Shown here: positions 1 to 10,800 of the stretch, piece by piece
Layout: the number at the start of each line of letters is the position of its first letter
How positions within the stretch are numbered: position 1 is the stretch's first letter
NCBI GenBank assembly: GCA_046582655.1
Contig: JAYGDX010000306.1
Span: forward strand, 1-49,117
Direction of reading: 5' to 3'
DNA length: 49,117 nt
DNA from: Candidatus Poribacteria bacterium
GTDB lineage: Bacteria; Poribacteria; WGA-4E; UBA9662
Program-made: the position numbers and the translations under genes
Notes under the pieces: generated by a model
What the model was told of the DNA's origin: nothing
The model's input: the letters and a program-made list of their open reading frames with translations, nothing else
The model's database searches: none

Positions 1-703
1 TGACAAAAGCAATTGCCTTCAAATTATTGTCGACACCTGAATTTTGATCTTCCCAATTTTGCCCTCCGTCTATCGTACGCTGGATGGATCCGTATGACCC
101 CACAATCCATCCCTCTGTTGGAGATGAGAACGATACATCCCATAAGTTCTGACGTGTTTCACCGGCTGCGACACGTTCAACTTTACCTTTCCACTTTTTC
201 CCTCCGTCATTGGTCTGAAGGTATGCATTATTTGCGCCCACCATAAAACCGACTTTATTGTCAATCATCCATATTCCTGTCAAATAACTACGAACACCCG
301 GGTCGATAGATTCCCACGTTAATCCACCATCCTGAGTTATGAAGAGAACTGCCCGAACCCCCCATCTTGCGGGTAAAGTACCAGTGATGAAACCCAGTTT
401 TTCCCCACGAAAATAGACCCGTAAAAAATCCACTGGGTTTTCTGTTTTAATTTCTTTTTTTGTCCACTTTTTCCCACCGTCAGTGGTGTATAGAATTAGT
501 CCATTTCGTCCGACTAGCCAAGCTTGTTTCTGGTCAATACAATACACATCCTGTAAATCACCTTCTACACCATCTTTGGGGACACGCAAAAAATCGTCGT
601 TCCTTACAATTTCCCATTTCCCTGCACCATAGGCAGTGGGAAAAATCAATATCCCAATGATCGATAAGGTGATGATAAAGCTGAAAATTCTTGTTGATTT
701 CAC
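1..703 (-). CDS. YCF48-related/BNR beta-propeller secreted protein (partial, runs off window start)
   Basis: Manual translation from GTG at 703 (AAGGAG RBS at 710-715) is open to base 1. It has a signal peptide (MKSTRIFSFIITLSIIGILIFPTAYG) and repeats TTDGGKKW, TQDGGLTW, TNDGGKKW, TIDGGQNW with WLVG/GWIVG strands. Confidence 0.85.
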   Translation of the reverse strand, partial: MKSTRIFSFIITLSIIGILIFPTAYGAGKWEIVRNDDFLRVPKDGVEGDLQDVYCIDQKQAWLVGRNGLILYTTDGGKKWTKKEIKTENPVDFLRVYFRGEKLGFITGTLPARWGVRAVLFITQDGGLTWESIDPGVRSYLTGIWMIDNKVGFMVGANNAYLQTNDGGKKWKGKVERVAAGETRQNLWDVSFSSPTEGWIVGSYGSIQRTIDGGQNWEDQNSGVDNNLKAIAFV

Positions 704-945
704 GGCACGCTCCTTATAAAACACTGAAAGCTTTGTGGAAATGTATATAGACACCAAAGAAATAACAAAATCACAGAATATGATTCCGATTAGTAATGCC
801 ATAATACATAAAATGTTATATATCAACCGAACGTACCCAGATTAACACAACTTTTCATTCAAAGACAGCCTTTTCTGCCGTGTTTTTTCGGGATACATGA
901 ACAGTTTGTTTCGAGGAGGATAGCTCCTCTCATACCATGTTGAAT

Positions 946-1371
946 TTATGGTTCTTCATCTTCCGGTACTATTTCATAGGCTCCACTTATTTCAGGCAAG
1001 ACCGATCGTGGTCGTTGCCTTTGAAAATCGAAAAATACCCAGTTCGTTTCAGCAGTTATCAGAACAGCTTGGTCATGCGTACGGACAAACTTATATTTTC
1101 TTCGGGAACGTATCTTATGGAGACTGGATATCCAGGTGTGGATCACTATCTTATCATCAGCGAAAGCTGGTAGGATATACTCAATATAATGAGAGCGAAC
1201 GATCCAGCTAGCACCTATTTGTTTATAACGTTCAGGTGACCATCCTTGAGCATTTGAGTGTGCTATAGCTGCATCTATCATCCAACAGATATACTCAATA
1301 TTGTTGACATGTCCATTTGAGTCAATTGCTTCGTTCGGCACAGTAATTAAATGCTGATAAATTTTGGGCAT
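946..1371 (-). CDS. Acyl-CoA thioesterase, 4HBT/YbgC-like hot-dog fold
   Basis: IDSNGHVNNIEY motif and IVRSHYIEYILPA strand, 141 aa. Confidence 0.9.
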   Translation of the reverse strand: MPKIYQHLITVPNEAIDSNGHVNNIEYICWMIDAAIAHSNAQGWSPERYKQIGASWIVRSHYIEYILPAFADDKIVIHTWISSLHKIRSRRKYKFVRTHDQAVLITAETNWVFFDFQRQRPRSVLPEISGAYEIVPEDEEP

Positions 1372-1454
1372 GATGTATTAAGCCCCAGATAAGTTGAATA
1401 ACGGACAAGGAGCCATCTTTCTAAACTAAATTAATATGATTTTTGCACAGCAAG

Positions 1455-2147
1455 TTAGTATGCTAACGCCTCTTTTAATGTTGCTCTTGCTAACAAACGC
1501 GTAGAATCTAATGTTGGCAAGGGACAATCGTTGGGATCAACCAAAATCGGAATCTCAGTACATCCCAGAACTACAGCATCACACCCTTTATCCTTAAACT
1601 CTTGAATTACTTGGTTAAAGTAAAGTCTTGAGCTCTCAAGAAAAATCCCATTGACGAGCTCCTCAAAGATGATGGTATTGATCTTTTCCCGTTTATCTTC
1701 CTCTGGAATTTGGCATAAGATATCGAATTTTTCAAGGATGTTAGGATATACGAAGCTGGTCATCAAGTATTTTGTGCCTGTGAGAGCCAGATTCTGGAAT
1801 CCCCGGTTCTTTGCTTCTTGGGCAACGGTTTCAGCAATATGAAGCCAAGGAATGGGTGATTTCTCTGTGACGAGATCAAATGCTTGATGAATTGTATTGT
1901 CGGGACAAACAGCCAATTTCGCTCCGATGGCTGCAAGCTTTTGGACAGAAGACAACATCAATTCAGCAACTTGCTGCCAATTTCCCGAACGGATGTGAAC
2001 CATATAATCACTTAGAGGATAGGTATGTATTGACACTTCAGGGTGCGTGTGTTTTCCCATCCGAACAGGTGCTTCTGCGCACAGAGTGCGGTAGCATAAC
2101 GCAGCACCTTCGGCACTACACGCAACTATCCCAATATGTTTCGGCAT
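1455..2147 (-). CDS. Aspartate/glutamate racemase family protein
   Basis: VCPDNTIH and VVLGCTEIP motifs, LTGTKYLM, 230 aa. Confidence 0.9.
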   Translation of the reverse strand: MPKHIGIVACSAEGAALCYRTLCAEAPVRMGKHTHPEVSIHTYPLSDYMVHIRSGNWQQVAELMLSSVQKLAAIGAKLAVCPDNTIHQAFDLVTEKSPIPWLHIAETVAQEAKNRGFQNLALTGTKYLMTSFVYPNILEKFDILCQIPEEDKREKINTIIFEELVNGIFLESSRLYFNQVIQEFKDKGCDAVVLGCTEIPILVDPNDCPLPTLDSTRLLARATLKEALAY

Positions 2148-2323
2148 GTATTTCCCTTTATAGGTCTTTGACTACAGATAGACAGGTTCCAATAGAAATA
2201 TTAAGTTGATAGATTTTTGATCGGTACCCGTTCTTTAGCAAAGCGTTTGGTTACAGCACAAATTCCTTTGGTACTCCCAAGCCAAATTCCCATTCTTCTT
2301 CATTCTAATTCTTAAATTAACTG

Positions 2324-3781
2324 TTATGAATTAAACTTACTGTGTCTGGACTCTAATCTTTTAGCTGCCTCAGATCTACCAGATTCCCTTAATATTTGCA
2401 GGTATTTCTCCAACTGGTTTCGTGTATGAAACGGGCCACCTTCTTCAATAACATGCCACATAGGATCGGAGGTATTTGGCACATTTGACAGCATTTCCGA
2501 CGTCCAAGTATCAAGAAGTCTCAACCCATCTGCTACCACATCCGATTTCTCTGAAACAAGGTTATTGGTCTCATGAGGATCATTCTCAACATCAAATAAC
2601 ATCAGGTCTGGAAAATCCTTCAACCCATCGTGATAAGTGCGGATTAGCATCCACTGATCAAACCGAACACTTCGTTGACATGCCCATGCGTTTTGACTGA
2701 CAACTAAATAAGTCCTACTAACATTTTTGCCTTGAGTTAATACTGGTAAAAAACTCTGGCCATCCCAGCGGGGTGCTGGTTGCCCACCGACCAGTTCTGT
2801 AATGGTTGGGGCTAGATCGATATTGTAGTGTAAGCCTTCATCAACATGTCCTTGTTGAATTCCGGGACCTACAACAATTAGCGGAACACGGCTGGTAATG
2901 TAATCGGCGGTCTGATGGTCTCCATACACGTTTAGCTCTCCTTGGTTTTCACCATGATCGGCCGAAATAATAACCAATGTTTCATCAAGTATATCGGCAT
3001 CCGCCAATGCGTTGAGGATATGTCCAACGTGGTCATCGGCATAGCGGATCGCGACATCATAACCATCAATCCATTTTTTGAAATCTTGCCGAGATGTAAT
3101 TTCATTGGGTGTCCGAGGCCAACGTCCGTCACCGGCGCTCCAACCATGGAGTTCACGTGCCCCGTGAGGAGCAAAACTAGCTCTGTGTTGTTGGATAATT
3201 TCTTCCGTTAGCCAATCCGGTGCAGCATTATCCTCGAACGGATTGCCGTACTTCATGGGCGTACGGTATGGGGTATGAGGATCCCACAAGTTAAAATGGA
3301 CAAACCAATTATCCTCTTTACCGCGATCGCGGATCCATCGGAGTAAGGTAGGTGTTGCTTCTTCCGCTATTTCCATTCCCCCCTTTCCTGTATCGTATGC
3401 TTCACGAAATCCATCAATCACATGCCAAGCTGCATGACGATTGGGAAATGGGCTAACCATTACGGTATAGTAACCAGCTTGTTTCATGGCTGACATCCAC
3501 GATCGGTAAGGCCCCCTGTTAGCAAATTGCCTTTCGGTTCCTTGTGAACGGATGTCTGCTTCTAATCCTCCATGGTTAACTACACCAGTGTGAATGCCAA
3601 ACCGGCTGGTGAAAAGCGAGGTTCTGGAGGGAAGGCAGGGAGCATCGGTACAATAATAGTTGGTACAGCGTGCTCCTCTGGTAGCTAACCGGTCGATGTT
3701 TGGTGACGTGTTTCGGTGATAGCCATAACATCCTAGATGATCGGGTCTCAGAGAATCAATATCGATGTAAAGGATTCGCAT
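2324..3781 (-). CDS. Sulfatase (Cys-type)
   Basis: YIDIDSLRPDHLGCYG, CLPSR (CxPxR), DPHTPY, SADHGE. Confidence 0.93.
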   Translation of the reverse strand: MRILYIDIDSLRPDHLGCYGYHRNTSPNIDRLATRGARCTNYYCTDAPCLPSRTSLFTSRFGIHTGVVNHGGLEADIRSQGTERQFANRGPYRSWMSAMKQAGYYTVMVSPFPNRHAAWHVIDGFREAYDTGKGGMEIAEEATPTLLRWIRDRGKEDNWFVHFNLWDPHTPYRTPMKYGNPFEDNAAPDWLTEEIIQQHRASFAPHGARELHGWSAGDGRWPRTPNEITSRQDFKKWIDGYDVAIRYADDHVGHILNALADADILDETLVIISADHGENQGELNVYGDHQTADYITSRVPLIVVGPGIQQGHVDEGLHYNIDLAPTITELVGGQPAPRWDGQSFLPVLTQGKNVSRTYLVVSQNAWACQRSVRFDQWMLIRTYHDGLKDFPDLMLFDVENDPHETNNLVSEKSDVVADGLRLLDTWTSEMLSNVPNTSDPMWHVIEEGGPFHTRNQLEKYLQILRESGRSEAAKRLESRHSKFNS

Positions 3782-3837
3782 TATACGTCCTTCAAATTTA
3801 TTGACTAGTTTTAAATTTCTTTTGAATGGATATTAGA

Positions 3838-4866
3838 CTAGAATCGACCATCACGAACTTCAAATTTTGTCGGTTTGTTTAATATTATTCCGTTAATCTG
3901 AACCCAGTGCGCTATCCATTCGATCATTTGATCTAAGGACACTTGGGGATAACCAAAAATTTTATGGCATCTAGAAGCATTAGTCAGTAAAGACATTTTG
4001 GCTTCATCTGATTCAAATATGGGATGGATGCCAAAGATTTCACCAAAACGGTTCGCCAGATACCGAACGGAAACGTTCTCCGGACCAGAAAGATTCAAAA
4101 TGGCAGGCGGACTCTGGCAAAGCGTAAACGCGCGTAAAACAATAGCATTTGCGTCTCCTTGCCATATGACGTTGACGTTGCCCATTGTCAGATCTATTGG
4201 TTGCTTACTGACAACTTTCTGGGCCACGTCAAGCAAAATCCCATATCTTAGATCAATTGCGTAGTTCAAGCGTATAATTGTAACTGGTGTGTTAAAGCGG
4301 TTTGAGAAATATTCGAACATTCTTTCGCGACCAAGACAAGATTGAGCATACTCACCGACTGGATCTACTGATCCAATCTCCCGAGAACCTCCGACTGCAA
4401 TCATTGTCAGTGGATAGACATTTCCAGTCGAAAAAACAATGATTCTGGAATTTCTGTATTTCTGAGCTACACGTCCAGGCAAGTAAGTGTTCATAGCCCA
4501 AGTCAGCGACTTGTTGTCAGTTGAACCAAATTTTCGACCAGCCATAAAGATCACATTTGGTGTGTCGGGTAATTTGAACAGTTGATCGTCGTCTAATAGA
4601 TCGCAGGTAATTGTTTCTATCCCGGATTTTCTCAGTTCTTTGTTAATACCATGTACCGAAAATCTGGAAACTCCGATTACTTTACTGTCTATGCTGGAAT
4701 TGTCAATGGCACGTTTGGCCAGTTTTGCCAAAGTTGGCCCCATTTTCCCTCCAACACCAAGAATAAGTAGATCTCCTTCCAACTCCGACATGGCATTAAC
4801 CACGTCTTTTGTAGGATAGGACATGATATCTTCTAGTCGTTCTATGGTTTCTATCTTATCGAGCAT
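3838..4866 (-). CDS. NAD-dependent epimerase/dehydratase family protein
   Basis: LILGVGGKMG Rossmann motif, FSTGNVY, EYAQSCLGRE. Start placed at ATG 4866, overlapping the upstream stop. Confidence 0.85.
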   Translation of the reverse strand: MLDKIETIERLEDIMSYPTKDVVNAMSELEGDLLILGVGGKMGPTLAKLAKRAIDNSSIDSKVIGVSRFSVHGINKELRKSGIETITCDLLDDDQLFKLPDTPNVIFMAGRKFGSTDNKSLTWAMNTYLPGRVAQKYRNSRIIVFSTGNVYPLTMIAVGGSREIGSVDPVGEYAQSCLGRERMFEYFSNRFNTPVTIIRLNYAIDLRYGILLDVAQKVVSKQPIDLTMGNVNVIWQGDANAIVLRAFTLCQSPPAILNLSGPENVSVRYLANRFGEIFGIHPIFESDEAKMSLLTNASRCHKIFGYPQVSLDQMIEWIAHWVQINGIILNKPTKFEVRDGRF

Positions 4867-5674
4867 GGTTTGAACATCCAAAGACAAAATCATCAACGTC
4901 AAACACAAATCCGTATGCGAGTGCTACACGCCACAGGCCGATCTCTTTGCAGGTTTCGTTCCTTGCTGTTTCCTTGTTCTCAACTGCTGTCACCGCTTGA
5001 CGGAACGCCGAGCACATGATGCCTCTCTTATGCATCTCAGCTATTCCCCCAGGCGACAGCAACAGACACCAGTTAATGGCAAAACCAGCATAGATCAGGT
5101 GATTCACACCGTCAGCCTGACACAAAGCAAAAAGCTGATCGCTGTTCTCAGCGATGCCTTCATCACCAACAGGTTCCGCTGCTTCTGGAAAATCTAGGTT
5201 TTCAAAACCGCATCGTACATCCGGGCTATTATGGGAACCGACAAAAACATTTTCGGTTCTAAACTTCCGCAGATTCTCAAGCGTTGGATCACTATCGACT
5301 TTTTCAATGGGCTGAGGGGAATTTCGAGTTAATTGAGTTGCTCGATGATACCCTGAATATTTTTTGTAGTATTCACCACTACTAACGACATGAAAAAGTT
5401 TTAAGTCAGATTCGCGAATCGCATTGAGGAGACCAGGAAAAACGGTGCGGCAGGTTTCATCAGCTCTTGGAATGTACTCAACCGCGCGATACCAACCAGG
5501 ATACTGCTCACGCGTTCCGCAGTCCCAAGCATGCATGACAACAACGGCCGTGTGATCAAGTGACAAATTGACTATGGCTTTTTTCCACCCTCCATATCCT
5601 TCACCAGGTACATCTAAATCGAAGTCTGCGTCAAATTGTTGATAATAGTTTGCTTGTACTGGAAACACTCTCAT
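4856..5674 (-). CDS. Isochorismatase-like cysteine hydrolase fold protein
   Basis: TAVVVMHAWD and LIYAGFAINWCLL resemble the cysteine-hydrolase core. Start placed at ATG 5674. Confidence 0.65.
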   Translation of the reverse strand: MRVFPVQANYYQQFDADFDLDVPGEGYGGWKKAIVNLSLDHTAVVVMHAWDCGTREQYPGWYRAVEYIPRADETCRTVFPGLLNAIRESDLKLFHVVSSGEYYKKYSGYHRATQLTRNSPQPIEKVDSDPTLENLRKFRTENVFVGSHNSPDVRCGFENLDFPEAAEPVGDEGIAENSDQLFALCQADGVNHLIYAGFAINWCLLLSPGGIAEMHKRGIMCSAFRQAVTAVENKETARNETCKEIGLWRVALAYGFVFDVDDFVFGCSNHAR

Positions 5675-5705
5675 AGAATTAATAACGTATTTATTCTTAG
5701 GTTCT

Positions 5706-7427
5706 TCACAAATTAACCTTGATCTCTTGGTTCGCTGGAATATCGACAACTATTTCGGCAAAGTTAAATCCATAAACCGAAATTAGTTTCCAGTCAATCA
5801 AGCATTCATCTATCTGGATGGAGAAATCGTTCATGGTATCAGCAATCGGGAAAATAAAAGTTGCACTTCTAATTGAGATGGGAGATGTTATACCAAACCT
5901 GTTTTTGTCTTGATGAACAATCCGGATCTGGCGACGTTTTTGTTCCCAATCACCAATTTTTTGACTTGTCCACCATTCCATCCCTTGTAGGTGTGCATAT
6001 TCAACCACGTCAATGACAGATTCTCTGACACCGGGTTTTTCGATATGGGCAGGATGAAAAAGGAAATGAGCTATCCCATGATGCCTGGCGACACTATCAA
6101 CAAGTCCGCGTCCGTAAAACATTGGGCATGTAATGACTAGATCCTGCGTCAGCATATTAATTTCTAACACATTGATCCGCTTTCCATTATCGTCAATTGG
6201 ATACCATGGATGTGATCCACCAAATGGAAACCCAATCGTACCAAGCTTGCTCGGACCTTTTGATTGATCAACTTCGATACCTTTTGCCTGGCACCAATGA
6301 AAAAATTCCAGCCGATTTTCCCAACGCGTATAATGGTTCTTGTTGGACTTGAGTTTAGATATGCCTGCTTCCCGAATCAACCATTGATGCTGATAATTAA
6401 AGTCATCTTGTGTCCAGCTGGTATAAGTCTTCTTCGTCAGTGCATCAAAATGAAGCGCAATTTCATAATCCCGATCCTGAAGTGTCTGATAAAATTCTGG
6501 TGTATACCCACCTGGATAAATAATGCACCAAGTTGTTTTAATATCCAGATGGTCTGTCACTTCCAATAGCGACCGAGCCAATTGCTGATCGTTGTGGTCA
6601 GAATCGTGCGACATCATGGCGATTGATTTCAGTCCTCGCGGATAGTACCATAAAATTGGGGTTGTCCGAGACTTCACCTCAAAGCAACGCAAGATAGCTT
6701 TGATAATTAGTTCACGTAACTCGTCTGTTATCGGTTCTAGGAAAACTGGTTGTGTGTCAGGAATGATTGGCGTTCGGTCCCTCTCCCAATTCAGAACAAA
6801 CCCATCTTCTGTCTTTAGGATGTTATCATCAATTGGAGCCGATCCGTCAGGTGCAGGTTGTCCATCTTGTGTAACTGGAATACCCTGTTGAATCAAGACA
6901 ATTGACCCGATGAGGTCAGCCGCCAAGGCAACAGTGTAACCTTTGCCATATCTGTTTTCGACGATTGCATCACCAGCAGGTTGATACTGTATGTCAGCCA
7001 ATTTAGCCAAGGGGGTGCCTGCTGTGGCATGGAATTTGGTTCCTCCGAAGATATGGAGCGAACTTCGCAAACCTGACGTGATCGGTGAAGATTCTTCCAG
7101 TTCAATGATGTAACCTTCCTCTATCACTTCAGTTATCCTGACACCAAAAATTTCGCTGAGTTCAGGATCACTATCCAACCAGATGGCTGCTCCTCCTGAT
7201 TTGACATATTCCTCAATTTTCTTTTTATCTGATCGATCAAAATGTAAATCTCCGATTAAAATGATTAAGGTCCGCAGATCAATTTGATTGCCTAGATTTT
7301 CTGCACGAACCAGATCATAAGAGATTCCCGCGTGTGCTAATATTTCCTCAATATAGAAAACTGTAGTGCTAGAGCTAGGATCTAAAACCACTGCAATCTG
7401 GCAAATTGGTGTTTGCTGATTAATCAT
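5706..7427 (-). CDS. Polysaccharide deacetylase (NodB-like) domain protein with N-terminal class I GAT-like domain
   Basis: MMSHDSDH, YEIALHFD, NKNHY and FLFHP motifs. N-terminal IEEYVKSGGAAIW and ENRYGKG resemble GAT-like/trimerisation domains. Confidence 0.65.
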   Translation of the reverse strand: MINQQTPICQIAVVLDPSSSTTVFYIEEILAHAGISYDLVRAENLGNQIDLRTLIILIGDLHFDRSDKKKIEEYVKSGGAAIWLDSDPELSEIFGVRITEVIEEGYIIELEESSPITSGLRSSLHIFGGTKFHATAGTPLAKLADIQYQPAGDAIVENRYGKGYTVALAADLIGSIVLIQQGIPVTQDGQPAPDGSAPIDDNILKTEDGFVLNWERDRTPIIPDTQPVFLEPITDELRELIIKAILRCFEVKSRTTPILWYYPRGLKSIAMMSHDSDHNDQQLARSLLEVTDHLDIKTTWCIIYPGGYTPEFYQTLQDRDYEIALHFDALTKKTYTSWTQDDFNYQHQWLIREAGISKLKSNKNHYTRWENRLEFFHWCQAKGIEVDQSKGPSKLGTIGFPFGGSHPWYPIDDNGKRINVLEINMLTQDLVITCPMFYGRGLVDSVARHHGIAHFLFHPAHIEKPGVRESVIDVVEYAHLQGMEWWTSQKIGDWEQKRRQIRIVHQDKNRFGITSPISIRSATFIFPIADTMNDFSIQIDECLIDWKLISVYGFNFAEIVVDIPANQEIKVNL

Positions 7428-7468
7428 TTTTTTCCAATGAACACTTTGATTGTTTATTCTATTGACTT

Positions 7469-7497
7469 ACTATACCATTTCGAAATGATAAGCTCAA
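7469..7497 (-). promoter_or_regulatory. Sigma70-type promoter with palindrome in the spacer
   Basis: Minus strand TTGAGC-17 nt-TATAGT about 40 nt upstream of the 7427 start. The spacer contains the perfect palindrome CATTTCGAAATG (7476-7487). Confidence 0.55.
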
Positions 7498-7858
7498 TTT
7501 ATGGATAATTTCGTTCAAGACAGACTCAATTGTTGTTTTCATCACTAACAGCTTTTACCTGCGGTACCAACCATGCTGGTGTTTCTAATGTGTAGTGAAA
7601 CTCTTTAGCTGAATACACGTTTCTTTAGTCAGTATGGATTTAGGAATTTAGTGAGGCTGAGAAAAATGGAATTGATTATACTGTTTCTGTGTGCGTTAAA
7701 ATTCAAACTTGAAAAGTCAAAACAAACAGTAGAAATCGAAGATGAAGTTGATTAAACGATAAGGGGCCACAGATTCGGACAGGATAAGCTAAGAACGGAA
7801 TTTATTCTTCTTTCGGATACGCATATTATTGCTGACACTTTCAAAGTGGTATATGGTG

Positions 7859-10800
7859 TCAATCTGGCAAGTGTTTTCCTTGTCTTGATAGTAACTGTTG
7901 CGTCAATTCAATGTTATCAGTGCTTTTTATCTGTTTATAAATTTCGAGGGCTTTTCGGAGTGAGGCTTTTGCTTGGTCTTCATTGCCCATTTCGATCAGA
8001 ACTTCCCCTGTACATCGACTTGCCTCTGCAATCTCCAGTGTCATATTAGCTTTATCAGCGATTTCGGCGGCTTTTGAAAAGCTTGCTATGGCTTCGCTCC
8101 AATCTTTCTTATGTTGTTGTACCATCCCCACTTTGTTCCATGCGTGTGCAATGGCTTGAGGAACACCAATTTCTTCCGCAGTTTCTAGTCCTTTTTGACT
8201 GTATTTTTCCGCAGTTTCAAGATTGCCATTCTTGAGGTTTACCCCGGTTAAATTGATGTACACTTCTGCAAGCCCTGGTAAATTCCCAATTTCTTTCCGA
8301 ATGTCTAAGCTGATAAGATAATGGTCAATTGCCTGATCATTATTCCCTTGTCTAAAGTGAAAATTGCCGATATTGTTTTCAACATTGGCAACACTTTCTC
8401 GGAGGCCTGAACTCTGAGCAATCTCTAGCGCGTCCTGATAGCATTGAAGCGAGGCGTCAAAATTGTTCATTGTTGAATATAGTGATCCTAGGTTGCTGTA
8501 GGAATTCGTCAATCCAACATTGTCGCCTATTTGTTTCTTTAGCTCAATGCTCTTTTGGTAATTATCTAAAGCCTGATCTACTTTTCCTGTCGTATTCGCA
8601 ACGAGTCCCAGGTTGTTATAGAGTTGTGCCATGAGCATTTTATCGCCAATTCGTTCTGCTTGGGAAATTCCATTTTCAAAATATAAGTTGGTTTTTTCGA
8701 GATCTCCTCTTCTAAAGTAGTGATTTCCAAGATTTTTGTTAGTGGATGCAATTATGTCGTAAGCAGTCGTTCCTTCTACCAGTTTCAACGCATGTGTGGT
8801 CGCGTCAATGGCTCGAATATAATCGCCTTTTTGAGAATGGATCCAGCCTAGAGCATTATAAATTTTTGCTTCTTCCACCAAATCTGGTTGATCTCTTAGA
8901 TTCTCAAGTGCCTGTTGCAACATTTCTGTCGCTGTTTCGTACTCTGATCGTTTCTCAAAAACGTCTGCTATCTTACGTTTGATTTTAGCTTTCCCTAGTA
9001 CAGATTCAGTTATCCGAGCGGCTTGCTCAAAATGTTTGATCGCTACATCGAATTCACCTTGAATTGCGTATACATCACCTAATCCTTCATGAATGATTAT
9101 TTGTTCCTCAAGCAAATCCGAGTTGGATTCTCCAAGGTGTTCAAGTCCCTGCATATAGAGTTTAAGTGCCACTTGATGGTTGTACTGTTGTTTTGCTTTT
9201 CTACCTGCTTTAGCTAAGTGGATGAGAGCCTTCGACTCATCGTTCCCTTGATGATAGTGGTGCGCTAATTGTTCATATACTCTTTCAGGGTTGTCTTGGT
9301 GTTTAAGCCGCATGCTGTCGCCAATTTGAGTATGTAAATTGCGCCGTGTTAAAACTGGAATCATCGAGTAGGCGATATTATGCATTACGATATGCTCAAA
9401 GACATATTCAAACTGGCCGCTAGACGAGTTTTGGGGGCCGATCATGTCCAGCGCAATGAGTTGACCTAGGCTTGTATCAAGATCAATCGCATCCTCCGAT
9501 ATCTGTTCGAGGATAGCGTAATCGACAGTCCGACCTATGACAGCACAACGTTGCAATATAGATTTAGGGTCGTTAGACATCCTGTCAATTCGGGCTCGTA
9601 ACATCTGTTCAAGCGAATCTGGAATATCAATCTCATCTACATTTTTAACAGTTATCCATTGATTTTGGAAAACTTCAATTTGTTCTGATAACCGTCTGGC
9701 GATATATGTTTGTTCGCCGCTACTAATCCTCCAAAGTTGTCCTGTCTCCTGGGTTGAAACAACAAAATTAGAATCAAACTCAACATGATTTTGTCCAAAA
9801 CCAGCGAGTAATTCTTCCGGCATAATTCCGTCATCTAGTTGGGTCTGGTATTGGTCATCGAAGTCAATCTCAAATAGCTTAATCTGCTGAATCACCTGAT
9901 TATCTATCAGTAATCGAAGCATTTCTTCCATGTAGAAGGGGTTACCACCAGCATTTTCGATGATTCTTTCTTTTAGTGAGTCAGCATTAATTAAAGTTAA
10001 TAATCCTTCTAGCAAATCTCGACTGGCTTGAGGTGACAGGGGATCCAGTTCTATTGAGGTATACTGATTTGGAATTCGATTGGGTCCCTCATCGTTGATG
10101 TGCCAGCAGAATTCTGTTCGTTCAGGTCGATAGACAGCCAGTAAGAAGATTGGGTTGTTAACTATTGATCCTGCAAGGAAAAAAATAAGGTCAAGAGAAA
10201 CTTGATCCATCCAATGGAGATCCTCTAAAACGAGGGTCACTGGTTTGCGTCTAGATTCTGCAATCAGAATGTCTCTGATGGCTGCAAACGTACGTTGTCT
10301 TCGGCCTTCAGCATCTAGGTATTTAACTTTTTCAGCGTAAGCACCTCCAAAGTTTAAAGCAAAAAGTTGACTGCCAATATAGGGTATAATCTCGTCTGAC
10401 AAATCTTGATCCGATTCCCGAAACAGATTTTTAATCCTATAGACCAGTTTTTCTGTAATTTCATCATCGTTATCAGTCTCTTGTATATCAAAATATGCTG
10501 TAAAAACGGAAATGAAAACTGAATACGCCATCTGAGCAGTATTTTCAAAGCTACTACCTTCTAGCCATGTTACACGCCCTCCCAGAGTCGAATGTAGTTC
10601 CCGTTTCAACCGTGATTTTCCAAGTCCCGCTTGGCCTATTAGGCTGATAAAATATCCTTTATTTTGCCATAGCAACTTGGATTTATCGTGTGAAGTCTTA
10701 AACTCGGTTCCTCTGGAAACAAATACTTTATTAAGAAGAGAAACACCTCGTTTCAGTTCCGGATCTTTTCTTTTTCCTAAAGCTCTATATACTGGAATCA

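Noticed and set aside
1..703. Suspected frameshifts in the YCF48-like gene (A/T runs, absent from the ORF track)
   Set aside because: Codon-by-codon translation is open; it is missing from the track only because its stop lies outside the window.
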